In this document: in pieces, positions 17,508 through 25,990 of the stretch
Layout: the number at the start of each line of letters is the position of its first letter
How positions within the stretch are numbered: the stretch's first letter is position 1
NCBI GenBank assembly: GCA_938009755.1
Contig: CALLIL010000002.1
Span: forward strand, 6,420 to 70,419
DNA length: 64,000 nucleotides
Origin: an uncultured Marinomonas sp.
GTDB taxonomy: Bacteria > Pseudomonadota > Gammaproteobacteria > Pseudomonadales > Marinomonadaceae
Direction of reading: 5' to 3'
The notes under the pieces: model-generated
The model's database searches: none
What the model saw: the letters and a program-made list of their open reading frames with translations, nothing else
Told to the model about the DNA's origin: nothing
Position numbers and translations under genes: made by a program

Positions 17508-17717
17508 TTATTCTTCTGTTAGAAAGCAGTTAAGAGTTTGCTGTAGTCTTGATTTTATTTGTGATGCTTTTTGCATTTCTTCTAGCGCTATGTTGCTGAT
17601 TAAATTACCAGAAAGTGTGTTTTCTTGTGCTGCGGCGCTGTTTAATTCTCTGATCTTTTCGGCTAGTGCCTCGGCTAATTTAGCTGCTTCTTCAAGTTTG
17701 TTTTGTGTGTTTGTCAT
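17508..17717 (-). CDS. 69-aa helical protein, candidate anti-CRISPR/anti-defence
   Basis: Downstream of aca2-like gene with its own copy of the promoter/operator cassette. Confidence 0.6.
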   Translation of the reverse strand: MTNTQNKLEEAAKLAEALAEKIRELNSAAAQENTLSGNLISNIALEEMQKASQIKSRLQQTLNCFLTEE

Positions 17718-17738
17718 GGTGAATCCCTTTTATATGGA

Positions 17739-17801
17739 TTGGCTTCGGGCCATTCCCGTAAGCTCAGTTATATATTAACGTCGCATGTGCGACGTGTAAA
17801 G
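17739..17801 (-). promoter_or_regulatory. Aca2-type promoter/operator/5'-UTR hairpin, copy 1
   Basis: TTTACA, 17 bp holding palindrome ACGTCGCA-NN-TGCGACGT, TAATAT; then hairpin GCTTACGGG-AATGG-CCCGAAGC. Confidence 0.8.
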
Positions 17802-17809
17802 GTTTTTAT

Positions 17810-18298
17810 TCAATCAATGCCTTTATTTTTGAATATTTCTTCTTGTCTTGCCCACTCAATGTCTTCTTCACGGGTTCGAGCAAAGAATTTGTAGATGTAT
17901 GACTCTTTATTTGTTTCCATATCAACAACTAGTTCTGCGTTTTGCGACTCTGTAAATATTGCAGCACAAACGCTCTGGTGTATTCTCCACCAAACTTTGT
18001 TGGCGTTTGGAAAATCTAGCTGAAACGATTCAAATGTTGGATACCATTTTACAGCTTGTTCATCTTCTTCAGCCATAACGATACCGTTTATACATTCTGC
18101 TCTTTGTGAGTGAAGCGCGTACATTTCATGATTAACATCTTCTGGTATTGCGTGCTGTCCAGACTCCCATCGCTGCCAACTTCGGGCTGGATGCTTTCCG
18201 CCCAAGCCAGCAACGCATTCCGCCGCTTCTGTTGTTGATGCAAAGAACATAGAGCGAAGCGCCTGCAGCTCTGGTGCTGTTAAGTTATCCCAAGACAT
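17810..18298 (-). CDS. aca2: Aca2/YdiL (DUF1870)-family HTH regulator
   Basis: ELQALRSMFF.S..EAA..ARSWQRWESG..IPEDV..EM..WY..F..D.P..N.V.WR..QSV.A....E. Confidence 0.85.
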   Translation of the reverse strand: MSWDNLTAPELQALRSMFFASTTEAAECVAGLGGKHPARSWQRWESGQHAIPEDVNHEMYALHSQRAECINGIVMAEEDEQAVKWYPTFESFQLDFPNANKVWWRIHQSVCAAIFTESQNAELVVDMETNKESYIYKFFARTREEDIEWARQEEIFKNKGID

Positions 18299-18388
18299 AG
18301 ATATTCCCCTTGTTAAAAAGGCGGCATGTGCCGCCTAGTTAATTTTACATATTAGCTGAAAGAGAAAGGATTCGATTGGCTCCCTTTT

Positions 18389-18898
18389 TTATTTGTGTGT
18401 GAATATTTCTTTTGTAAGCTTAATCAGGTGTTCGCTGGTGATCTCTGAATAATCCTTTGCTAAAGATAGATTGTATTGCCAGCTTTCGATTACATCTTCT
18501 GACGTGTGTTGAATGTCGAACCCATCGGCAGAGCGAATGCAAAGGTGATAGTCAATGGCATCGTTTATCATTTCTACGTCACAGTATCTATACTCGCCTT
18601 CCGCTATCCCTGAGTCTACCCAGTATTTTTTAAATGCATTCTTTAAACTTTGTATTTCTTCGTCAGTCATGGAATAAAAGTAGCGATGAAATTCAATATA
18701 ACTTAGTCGGCATCCTCTTGTTGACAGCTCATATTGTGCTGCGGATGGCAACTGTCCGTTATTGTCGCGCGGCTCTTTTTTTATCTCGACAATGCTAAAG
18801 TTGTTGTATTTACCTTCAAGATTGTGTGGGTTTGTAATTGCACTTATACCCATAGAAACCAGTCTTTTTGTTACATTTAAAGCATTTTGATTAATCAT
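18389..18898 (-). CDS. 169-aa unknown protein, candidate anti-CRISPR/anti-defence
   Basis: First gene of the aca2-like operon; AGAGGA RBS. Confidence 0.65.
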   Translation of the reverse strand: MINQNALNVTKRLVSMGISAITNPHNLEGKYNNFSIVEIKKEPRDNNGQLPSAAQYELSTRGCRLSYIEFHRYFYSMTDEEIQSLKNAFKKYWVDSGIAEGEYRYCDVEMINDAIDYHLCIRSADGFDIQHTSEDVIESWQYNLSLAKDYSEITSEHLIKLTKEIFTHK

Positions 18899-18920
18899 AA
18901 TCTTTTCCTCTTAATTTAGG

Positions 18921-18983
18921 TTGGCTTCGGGCCATTCCCGTAAGCACAGTTATATATTAGCGTCGCAATTGCGACGTGTAAAG
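18921..18983 (-). promoter_or_regulatory. Aca2-type promoter/operator/5'-UTR hairpin, copy 2
   Basis: 59/63 identical to 17739-17801; perfect palindrome CGTCGCAATTGCGACG at 18961-18976. Confidence 0.8.
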
Positions 18984-19213
18984 AGATATTTTGATTTCTT
19001 TTTTATTTATTTTCCGTCACCATGCCGTCACTAATGCTATTTTTGTATTTCGTTATCATATAGATTCTATGCGCTATTGCGGTCTAATTCGTTACGTTCC
19101 TAATAAGAAGATAAAGTTTGTATTTCGCGCGCGTAAGGCTTGCTAGGGGGGAAGTTACGAGGTACATTTTGTCCATGCTGTGAGAGTTATGCATACACGG
19201 CAATTAAATATAT

Positions 19214-19272
19214 GAGCCCAGCCATTGTGTTGGGCTTTTTCGTTTTTAGGCCTCGCTTTCGCGGGGCTTTCT
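19214..19272 (+). terminator. Tandem terminator-like hairpins ahead of the lysis genes
   Basis: AGCCCAGC-CATTGT-GTTGGGCT-TTTT and GCCTCGC-TTTC-GCGGGGC-TTT. Confidence 0.55.
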
Positions 19273-19293
19273 TGTTTCTGGATAAGGCTAATT

Positions 19294-19587
19294 ATGAAAC
19301 TCCCGCCAGACGAACTGCTTCAAACAGCGCTATTCATCTTGGTTGGGGTGATGGGTGGCGCTGTGAAATATCTCAGACAGATTCAACAAGACGTTAAAAA
19401 ATTCTCAATAATTCAGATGCTTATCATGCTCATAACAGGCGGTTTTCTTGGCATGTTGACGTACTTTCTTGGTACATCAATGGGCATGGAAGGCGCTTTA
19501 ATTGGTTTTATGTCTGGCATGGCTGGGCTTATGGGCGATGAGGCGATTCGTATGTATTCAGATAAATTCAAAGGCGGCATGAAATGA
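19294..19587 (+). CDS. Holin
   Basis: 97-aa multi-TM protein with basic C-terminus, coupled to endolysin. Confidence 0.8.
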   Translation: MKLPPDELLQTALFILVGVMGGAVKYLRQIQQDVKKFSIIQMLIMLITGGFLGMLTYFLGTSMGMEGALIGFMSGMAGLMGDEAIRMYSDKFKGGMK

Positions 19588-20096
19588 GCTTAAACCTTTC
19601 TCAATTCCGCGATTATGTTGTTGTCCCTGCGCTTGAGCAGCTTGGTTATTACTCATTAGCTGCTGAACAGTTGGTAATGGGGACGCTCGCTCAGGAGTCA
19701 AACGGCACATATATCAAGCAGCTTGGAGATGGCCCCGCGATGGGGTTGTTTCAGATGGAGCCAGCAACACACAAAGATCTGTGGCTTAACTATCTACGAT
19801 ACAAACCAGCGTTGTCTGAAAAGCTGCTGAATATGACGTCTGATAGCGTTGATGAATGTTTCGACGCGAATGGCTGGCCGGATCATAACGCCTTGGTTTG
19901 GAATAATCGATACGCTGCGGCAATGTGTCGAGTTCACTATTACCGCGTTAAGTATGAGTTGCCTAAAGCTAACGATATCAACGCTTTGGCAGCTTATTGG
20001 AAAGACCATTACAACACAAAAGACGGTGCTGGAACGGTTCAAGAGTTCATTGAAAACTTCCCGTATGAATTGTACGGATTAGAGAAAGAGGGTTAG
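19584..20096 (+). CDS. Endolysin (lysozyme-like fold)
   Basis: GTLAQES..GPAMGLFQMEPATH..YAAAMCRVHY..YWKDHYNT..GAG. Confidence 0.88.
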   Translation: MSLNLSQFRDYVVVPALEQLGYYSLAAEQLVMGTLAQESNGTYIKQLGDGPAMGLFQMEPATHKDLWLNYLRYKPALSEKLLNMTSDSVDECFDANGWPDHNALVWNNRYAAAMCRVHYYRVKYELPKANDINALAAYWKDHYNTKDGAGTVQEFIENFPYELYGLEKEG

Positions 20097-20098
20097 TT

Positions 20099-20404
20099 AT
20101 GCGTGTTATTAATTTTGTTCTGATTGTCGTCGCTATGATGTTTGTGCCCGTGATGGCGTATGCAGACGATGTTGTGGTGACAGTTGATAGTGTCGGCTTT
20201 GTTGACATGATCGTTGGTGTACTGCCAGCGGTGGTTGAGTTGATGCCGTCATGGTTTGGGGTGTTGGTTGGTGTGTTGTATGCGGTATCGCATTTGATTG
20301 CCACATTGCCTCTTAGTGTCACTGCTGGGTGGCCTAGCTGGTTGAAATCATTGATTAATTTGTTAGCCGCTAACTACGGTAAAGCGAAGAATAAAGTTGA
20401 TTAG
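20099..20404 (+). CDS. Membrane protein in lysis cassette
   Basis: Hydrophobic segments, ..INLLAANYGKAKN end. Confidence 0.6.
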   Translation: MRVINFVLIVVAMMFVPVMAYADDVVVTVDSVGFVDMIVGVLPAVVELMPSWFGVLVGVLYAVSHLIATLPLSVTAGWPSWLKSLINLLAANYGKAKNKVD

Positions 20405-20618
20405 TTTATTGCGGTTTGTGCTCGTTCTTATTGAATGGGCCATTCAAATCAAAAGGCGTGATGAGCATGCAAAGAAGCAAGAGCGACTTAATCAAGCGCG
20501 CACTGATCCTGCCAACTATCTGCGCCAGTTTGGTAGGGTGCGGCGTGTTGAGTCCGATCAGCCAGCGGACACAGTGCATAGCAGTGGAGCCAGCGCTGAT
20601 AAACACGACGGTCAATAA
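20397..20618 (+). CDS. Putative i-spanin (Rz-like)
   Basis: N-terminal hydrophobic anchor plus charged helix; overlapped by a lipoprotein ORF. Confidence 0.5.
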   Translation: MISLLRFVLVLIEWAIQIKRRDEHAKKQERLNQARTDPANYLRQFGRVRRVESDQPADTVHSSGASADKHDGQ

Positions 20619-20700
20619 TGATGTGTTCATCGTTCCGATAGATGAGATGGGACAGATAACGGCATACATCGAGCAGCTAAGGCAGTGTTCTTATGAATGA
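20461..20700 (+). CDS. Putative o-spanin lipoprotein (Rz1-like)
   Basis: Lipobox LVGC, +1 frame overlap with the preceding ORF, extra Cys residues. Confidence 0.6.
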   Translation: MSMQRSKSDLIKRALILPTICASLVGCGVLSPISQRTQCIAVEPALINTTVNNDVFIVPIDEMGQITAYIEQLRQCSYE

Positions 20701-21406
20701 TTTTGGTTTCTTTTTAAAAGACAGTGCCGTCGATGTTGATCGTATGTTTTCTGTATTGCAAAAGCAGGTGATACCAAAAGCAACCGTGCGGGCGCTGAAT
20801 AGAACGGCCGATGAAGTTAAGCTTCATTTAGCTAAGAAAGTGTTACCAAAATATATCGATAGACCAACGAGATGGACGTTGAACTCAGTCTACACAAGGT
20901 ATGCTAATCAAAAAAGATTGGAAGCGGCTGTGTTCTTGAAGGGTTCAAACGGTGGGGTGTTGAGCTATTTAGACCCATTGATTGAAGGTGGCAGTCGATT
21001 ACCTAAAAGCTTTGAGAAGCGTTTGCGCCGTTCAGGTTTGATTCGTGGTTCTCAGTTTGCTGTGCCTGGTGCTGATATGAGGCTGGATAAATTTGGGAAC
21101 ATCACAAAGGCAACGTCCGCTCATATTCTTAGAGATGTTCAGGCATTCACGGAATCAGGCAGTAGCCAGAATACATCGCGTAAAGCTCGTAAGTATTTCA
21201 TCTTACCGAAGGCGCCGCACAAACCAGTTGGCGTTTACTATCGTCAAGGTAAAAAACTTAAACAAGCAATCGCGTTTACAGATGAAGTTCCAAACTATGA
21301 TAGGCGCTTGCCATTCTATGAAGAGGCTCAGAAGTCTGCGAACAAGCATGTAAGTAAGGAATTTTCGGAAGCTGCTAAATATTATGAAGCCAAAGCCACT
21401 AAGTAA
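20693..21406 (+). CDS. Tail completion/gpZ-like protein
   Basis: A.VRALNRTA..DRPTRWTLNS..GG.R..K.FEK.L..Y..RLPF. Confidence 0.7.
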   Translation: MNDFGFFLKDSAVDVDRMFSVLQKQVIPKATVRALNRTADEVKLHLAKKVLPKYIDRPTRWTLNSVYTRYANQKRLEAAVFLKGSNGGVLSYLDPLIEGGSRLPKSFEKRLRRSGLIRGSQFAVPGADMRLDKFGNITKATSAHILRDVQAFTESGSSQNTSRKARKYFILPKAPHKPVGVYYRQGKKLKQAIAFTDEVPNYDRRLPFYEEAQKSANKHVSKEFSEAAKYYEAKATK

Positions 21407-21424
21407 TTGAAAAATATAGTTTAT

Positions 21425-21470
21425 GGGTCCTTCCTACACCTATACGTGATGGGGGTTATTCTGACCCCAT
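21425..21470 (+). other. Putative cos site (cosQ plus cosN)
   Basis: GGGTCCT (lambda cosQ sequence) then ATGGGG-N10-CCCCAT dyad, upstream of terminase. Confidence 0.65.
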
Positions 21471-21743
21471 GGTATTTCTAGCTATGAAATGTTCCTAGGA
21501 CTTCCTTCCTTTTTTCTGGCTAATATTTAGAAAGCAGCGCATTAAAAATGCATTTCAATTAGGCCGACTATGTAATGTGTTCTATTTGATATTCACCCTT
21601 TCTAAGTCACTGTTTATGTGACTGCGATACAAATCATATTTTCTATTTATTACTAAGCAACATTGTTGTGTACGTTTTTGTGCCTGTTAACAAATAAATA
21701 ATGTTTTCTTTCATACGTTTAGCTTTTCTTTGTGGGTTTTGAA

Positions 21744-22229
21744 ATGGGTAAAAAAGTCCAGAAAAAAGAGCTTGCCGAGATACTAGGAGTAACCGAAAAA
21801 ACGCTTACTACATGGCAAAAAAACGGCATGCCGATCGAGATTGTTGGCGGTCGAGGTCAGCGAAATACCTACGATTCTCAAGAGGTCATTGACTGGGTTG
21901 TCACTCAAAGAATGATCAAAGCAGGAGTGGGGAAAGGTGAGGAAGTTTCTAGTGTCTTTGATGAGAAAATAGAATCGGCACGTTTGAAGCATTGGCAAGC
22001 GAATGAAAAAGAGATCGCTGTCCGCGAAGAAGCGAAACAATTAGTCAGAAGGCCTGATATTGAATTCAAGCTTGGGCAGATTATTACCTCTGCTAAATCA
22101 GGATTAATGAACCTTGCTCCACGACTTTCGCAAAGGCTTGGTTTAACAAAAGAGCAAAAAGCGATTGTTGAAGACGAAGTGAAGTCTGCATTGATAAGTA
22201 TGGGAGAAGAGAATGTCATTAAACAATGA
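21744..22229 (+). CDS. Terminase small subunit (Nu1-like)
   Basis: KKELAEILGVTEKTLTTWQKNGMP..YDSQEVIDW. Confidence 0.9.
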   Translation: MGKKVQKKELAEILGVTEKTLTTWQKNGMPIEIVGGRGQRNTYDSQEVIDWVVTQRMIKAGVGKGEEVSSVFDEKIESARLKHWQANEKEIAVREEAKQLVRRPDIEFKLGQIITSAKSGLMNLAPRLSQRLGLTKEQKAIVEDEVKSALISMGEENVIKQ

Positions 22230-24243
22230 TGCTTTTCTTTCTGAGATCGAATTCGCAAGCATGGATGAACTATACGAAGGTCTCCAAACGCTTTGGCTTC
22301 CACCGCCAGACGAATCAATCACCGAATGGGCGGAAAAATTTCGCAAACTTTCAGCAGAAAACAGCGCCTTACCAGGTGATTATCGAGTATCGGTCACGCC
22401 TTTTTTAAAAGAAATCCAAGACGCATGCTGCGACCCAGATATACCACGAGTTGTTTGCCAAAAATCGGCACAGGTGGCATGGACAGACGGCGTAATAAAC
22501 AACGTGCTTGGATACCATATACATCGTGATCCGTGCCCAGCGCTTGTTTTGTTTCCAACCGAAGACATGGCCGAGCGTTATTCGAAAGAAAAGTTCGGGC
22601 CAATGATTCGAGACAGTGAACCACTGGCAGAGAGAATAAATTTTCAGTCTCGGAATGCTGGCAACACCATTTTAAGTAAGCATTATCGTGGCGGTCACTT
22701 GGAGCTTGTTGGGTCAAACGCGCCATCTAAATTGGCATCATCACCAATTCGGTTGATTTTGGTGGAAGAACCTGACCGCTGTTCGCGTAACTCAGGCGGT
22801 GAAGGTAACTCGCTAAAGTTGGCTTATGAGCGTGGTAAAACATTTTATAACCGGAAAATTATTCTTGGTGGCTCTCCCACACTAAAAGGAAAAAGTGAAA
22901 TTGAACGCGAAATGGCGCTTAGTGATAAGCGCCATTTCTTTATTCCATGCCCATGCTGCGGTGAGTTTACAAAGCTCGAATGGCACATGGTGGTTTGGGA
23001 AAAAGCAGACGAAGAGCAGCATGAAGTTTACGAAGAACATCTTCCAGAAACAGCAAAATTAAAATGCCCTCATTGTGAAGAGCTTTTTACAAACAACCAA
23101 AAAAATGAAGCGCTTCAACTTGGCGAATGGCGCGCTACTTCACCATTCACAGGTGTAGCTGGCTTCTACATAAATGAGCTTTACAGCCCGTTTCCAAATG
23201 CCCGATTGCAAGACGTTGTTGAGAAGTTTTTAGAAGCCCACAAGTTTAAAAAAATGGGCGATAACACCTTAATGACGACGTGGAAAAACACGTCAATGGG
23301 TGAAACCTTCGAAGTGGAAAGCGAAAGCATTGATGCCACAGGTTTTGAAAATCGCCGCGAAGTTTACCAAGCAGATGTACCGCATGACGGCATCATCATA
23401 ACGTGTTGGTTTGATACACAAGGTGATCGATTTGAAGGAGAGTTTGTTGCATGGGGGCCAGACGAAGAAACATGGTCTCTTGATTACGTCAAAATATATG
23501 GAGACCTATCTCGGCCAGAAATTTGGAGCGAACTAGAAAAGCACATGAATCGTGAATTTATCAGCGCAACAGGTGTTATTCATCGCGCAAGATTGTGTGG
23601 CATTGACGCGGGTGGTCACTACACATCAGAGGTTCATAAGTTTTGTCGTCGTGATCCGTTTCGCTATATCCCTACGTTTGGTTCGAAGGAAAAAGGCTCA
23701 ACAAAACCTGTTGCGAGTTTTCCAAACAAAGCCAATGCAAAGCATAAAACCTATCTTACAGAGTTGAACACGATCACAGCTAAGCAGGTGATTTATGCCC
23801 GAATCAAGCATCAGAACCACGGTCCCGGTTATTGTCATTTTCCACTAAAGGAAGCGTATGACGAGCGGTATTTCCATGGTTTAGTCATCGAAAAAATGAC
23901 GGTTAAGCACAGAAACGGCCAAGGTTATGTGGATTTTGAGAACCCTATAGGTGGCCGAAACGAACCGCTAGATTGTCGAGTAGGAAATTTCGCTCTAATC
24001 CGAATACTTCAGCAGAGCTACGGTATGCAACTCCGTTCTCTTAAAAAGCTTATGGATAAAACTATGCCAACTATCGAACCGTCTGCCCCTCAGTTTGTAC
24101 AAACTGAAATAGAAGCAGAAGAGCCAAAGCCCGAATCAAGCGACCCAAAACCTGTTGAACAACAACCAGAACAACCAACGCAATCGGAACCACAAAAGCG
24201 TAAAAAACGATCGTTCGGAAAAGTGGGGAGTATAAAAACGTGA
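22213..24243 (+). CDS. Terminase large subunit (GpA family)
   Basis: KSAQVAWT Walker A variant, LVEEPDR, GSPT, CPCCG, IDAGG, RNEPLDCRV. Confidence 0.93.
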   Translation: MSLNNDAFLSEIEFASMDELYEGLQTLWLPPPDESITEWAEKFRKLSAENSALPGDYRVSVTPFLKEIQDACCDPDIPRVVCQKSAQVAWTDGVINNVLGYHIHRDPCPALVLFPTEDMAERYSKEKFGPMIRDSEPLAERINFQSRNAGNTILSKHYRGGHLELVGSNAPSKLASSPIRLILVEEPDRCSRNSGGEGNSLKLAYERGKTFYNRKIILGGSPTLKGKSEIEREMALSDKRHFFIPCPCCGEFTKLEWHMVVWEKADEEQHEVYEEHLPETAKLKCPHCEELFTNNQKNEALQLGEWRATSPFTGVAGFYINELYSPFPNARLQDVVEKFLEAHKFKKMGDNTLMTTWKNTSMGETFEVESESIDATGFENRREVYQADVPHDGIIITCWFDTQGDRFEGEFVAWGPDEETWSLDYVKIYGDLSRPEIWSELEKHMNREFISATGVIHRARLCGIDAGGHYTSEVHKFCRRDPFRYIPTFGSKEKGSTKPVASFPNKANAKHKTYLTELNTITAKQVIYARIKHQNHGPGYCHFPLKEAYDERYFHGLVIEKMTVKHRNGQGYVDFENPIGGRNEPLDCRVGNFALIRILQQSYGMQLRSLKKLMDKTMPTIEPSAPQFVQTEIEAEEPKPESSDPKPVEQQPEQPTQSEPQKRKKRSFGKVGSIKT

Positions 24244-24467
24244 CAGAGCTAGAAGAAGCGCAAGCAGAACTTACCGCACTTAAAGCGGCCAAGAACAAGC
24301 GGCTGCTTGGTACAGCAACACAAAGTGTATCGGGCGATGGTGATAGCATCACTTTTGCTTCGGTTTCCATTCAACAAATGAATGCCGAAATTACCCGCCT
24401 TACTCGTCGCATTCGTGCGCTTGGTGGTAGAGGGAGCGGCATCACAGCTAATCCGGTGCCACGATGA
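24240..24467 (+). CDS. Head-to-tail joining protein (gpW-like)
   Basis: Size, position between terminase and portal, helix-hairpin-helix pattern. Confidence 0.75.
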   Translation: MTELEEAQAELTALKAAKNKRLLGTATQSVSGDGDSITFASVSIQQMNAEITRLTRRIRALGGRGSGITANPVPR

Positions 24468-25990
24468 TACTTGACCATACAGGACTACCTCTTAGAAGTT
24501 CGCCAGCTTATCGCGGTGCGAATAATGATCACCACAAGAACTGGAGACCAAGAAAGCGCAGCGCAGATGCGGACTTATTACCAGAAAAAAGCATCATAGA
24601 TGCTCGGCAAGCCGATTTATTTAGAAACAACGGTGTAGCAAAAGGCGCAAAGCAAACCATGACCGACCACGTTGTCGGTTCAATGTTGATGCCTACACCA
24701 AAGCCAAACTATCAAGCGCTTGGTAAAGATCCAGAATGGGCGAGAGAATGGGCGAGAAAAGCCAAAAACCGTTTTAAACTTTGGGCTAATTCATTAGATG
24801 CGTCATTGTCGAGAAACCAAACATTTCACTCAATGACACAACTGACATTTATGCAGTCGTTTGATGCGGGTGAAAGTTTTGCAATACCTCGTTGGAAAAG
24901 CTCAAGAGATAACGCTTTTTGCATTCAGATTATTGACCCAGATCGTGTGTGTACGCCCTATGGAAAAACAGATGGTGCTGGCATGCGCAGAGGGATTGAG
25001 AAAAACAGCGATGGTGAGGCGATTGCTTACCATATAGCAAATCGACACCCAGTAGATATTTCGCGTGACCTTCTCAAGTGGACACGAGTCCCAGCCAGAA
25101 CACCATGGGGTCGTCGCAAGGTAATACATACTTACGACATTACTCGACCAGAGCAGTCCCGCGGTGTTGGTGCCTTGGTATCGGCATTATCTGAATTCAA
25201 AATACTGGATGATTATTCTCAAGCAGAGCTAAAAGCCGCGGCAAATAATGCGTTAATCGCAGCGTTTGTTAAATCGGATATGCCTGATGAGCTGATAAAG
25301 CAAATCTACAGCCCTGCGGCTGATGGCGAAGCTGGGGCAACCGTAGCAAGCGAATATTTAGACGCTCGTAACGAAATGGATTATTCCATGCGTCCGAATT
25401 CGGTTATTCCGCTTTTACCAAATGAAGACGTTACTCCATTTTTACCGGGTCGTCCAAATCCATCATATAGCGCTTTTGTTGAGAACATTTTTCGTCAAAT
25501 CGGTGTGTCATTCGGCATGCCGTATGAAATGTTGATGAAAGACTTTAGTAAAACCAACTATTCAAGTGCTCGCGCCTCCATGCTTGAAGCTTACAAGTTT
25601 GTGAAAAATCAACGTACTTGGCTTATCTCGTCATGGGCGCAACCTGTTTATGAATTGTGGCTAGAAGAGCAAGTCAACAAAGGCGCATTAGAAGCGCCTG
25701 ACTTTTATGCAAACCGTGCCGCGTATTGCCAGTGTGGCTGGATCGCCAGCGGGAAAGGTTGGGTTGACCCGGTTAAAGAAGTGCAAGGCGCAAAACTTCG
25801 TGTTGAATACGGATTCTCAACATACGAATCAGAATGTGCAGAGCAAGGTCTTGATTGGGAAGACAACCTAGAGCAAATCGCTCACGAGCGCAAAGTAATG
25901 GAAGAAAAGGGCGTCAAACTCTCCGATATTTATCAACTTATAGGTGATTCCAGTGACACAGAACAGTCGAATGATGCTACTGCTTCATGA
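24464..25990 (+). CDS. Portal protein, lambda family
   Basis: RPEQSRGV, DFSKTNYSSARAS, GWVDPVKE. Confidence 0.95.
   Translation: MILDHTGLPLRSSPAYRGANNDHHKNWRPRKRSADADLLPEKSIIDARQADLFRNNGVAKGAKQTMTDHVVGSMLMPTPKPNYQALGKDPEWAREWARKAKNRFKLWANSLDASLSRNQTFHSMTQLTFMQSFDAGESFAIPRWKSSRDNAFCIQIIDPDRVCTPYGKTDGAGMRRGIEKNSDGEAIAYHIANRHPVDISRDLLKWTRVPARTPWGRRKVIHTYDITRPEQSRGVGALVSALSEFKILDDYSQAELKAAANNALIAAFVKSDMPDELIKQIYSPAADGEAGATVASEYLDARNEMDYSMRPNSVIPLLPNEDVTPFLPGRPNPSYSAFVENIFRQIGVSFGMPYEMLMKDFSKTNYSSARASMLEAYKFVKNQRTWLISSWAQPVYELWLEEQVNKGALEAPDFYANRAAYCQCGWIASGKGWVDPVKEVQGAKLRVEYGFSTYESECAEQGLDWEDNLEQIAHERKVMEEKGVKLSDIYQLIGDSSDTEQSNDATAS

Noticed and set aside
18299-18388. Possible solitary CRISPR repeat (RNA anti-CRISPR) in the aca2 locus
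   Set aside because: The hairpin lacks the GTTCAC..TAGAAA ends of a I-F repeat and reads as a terminator; a formal repeat search was not possible
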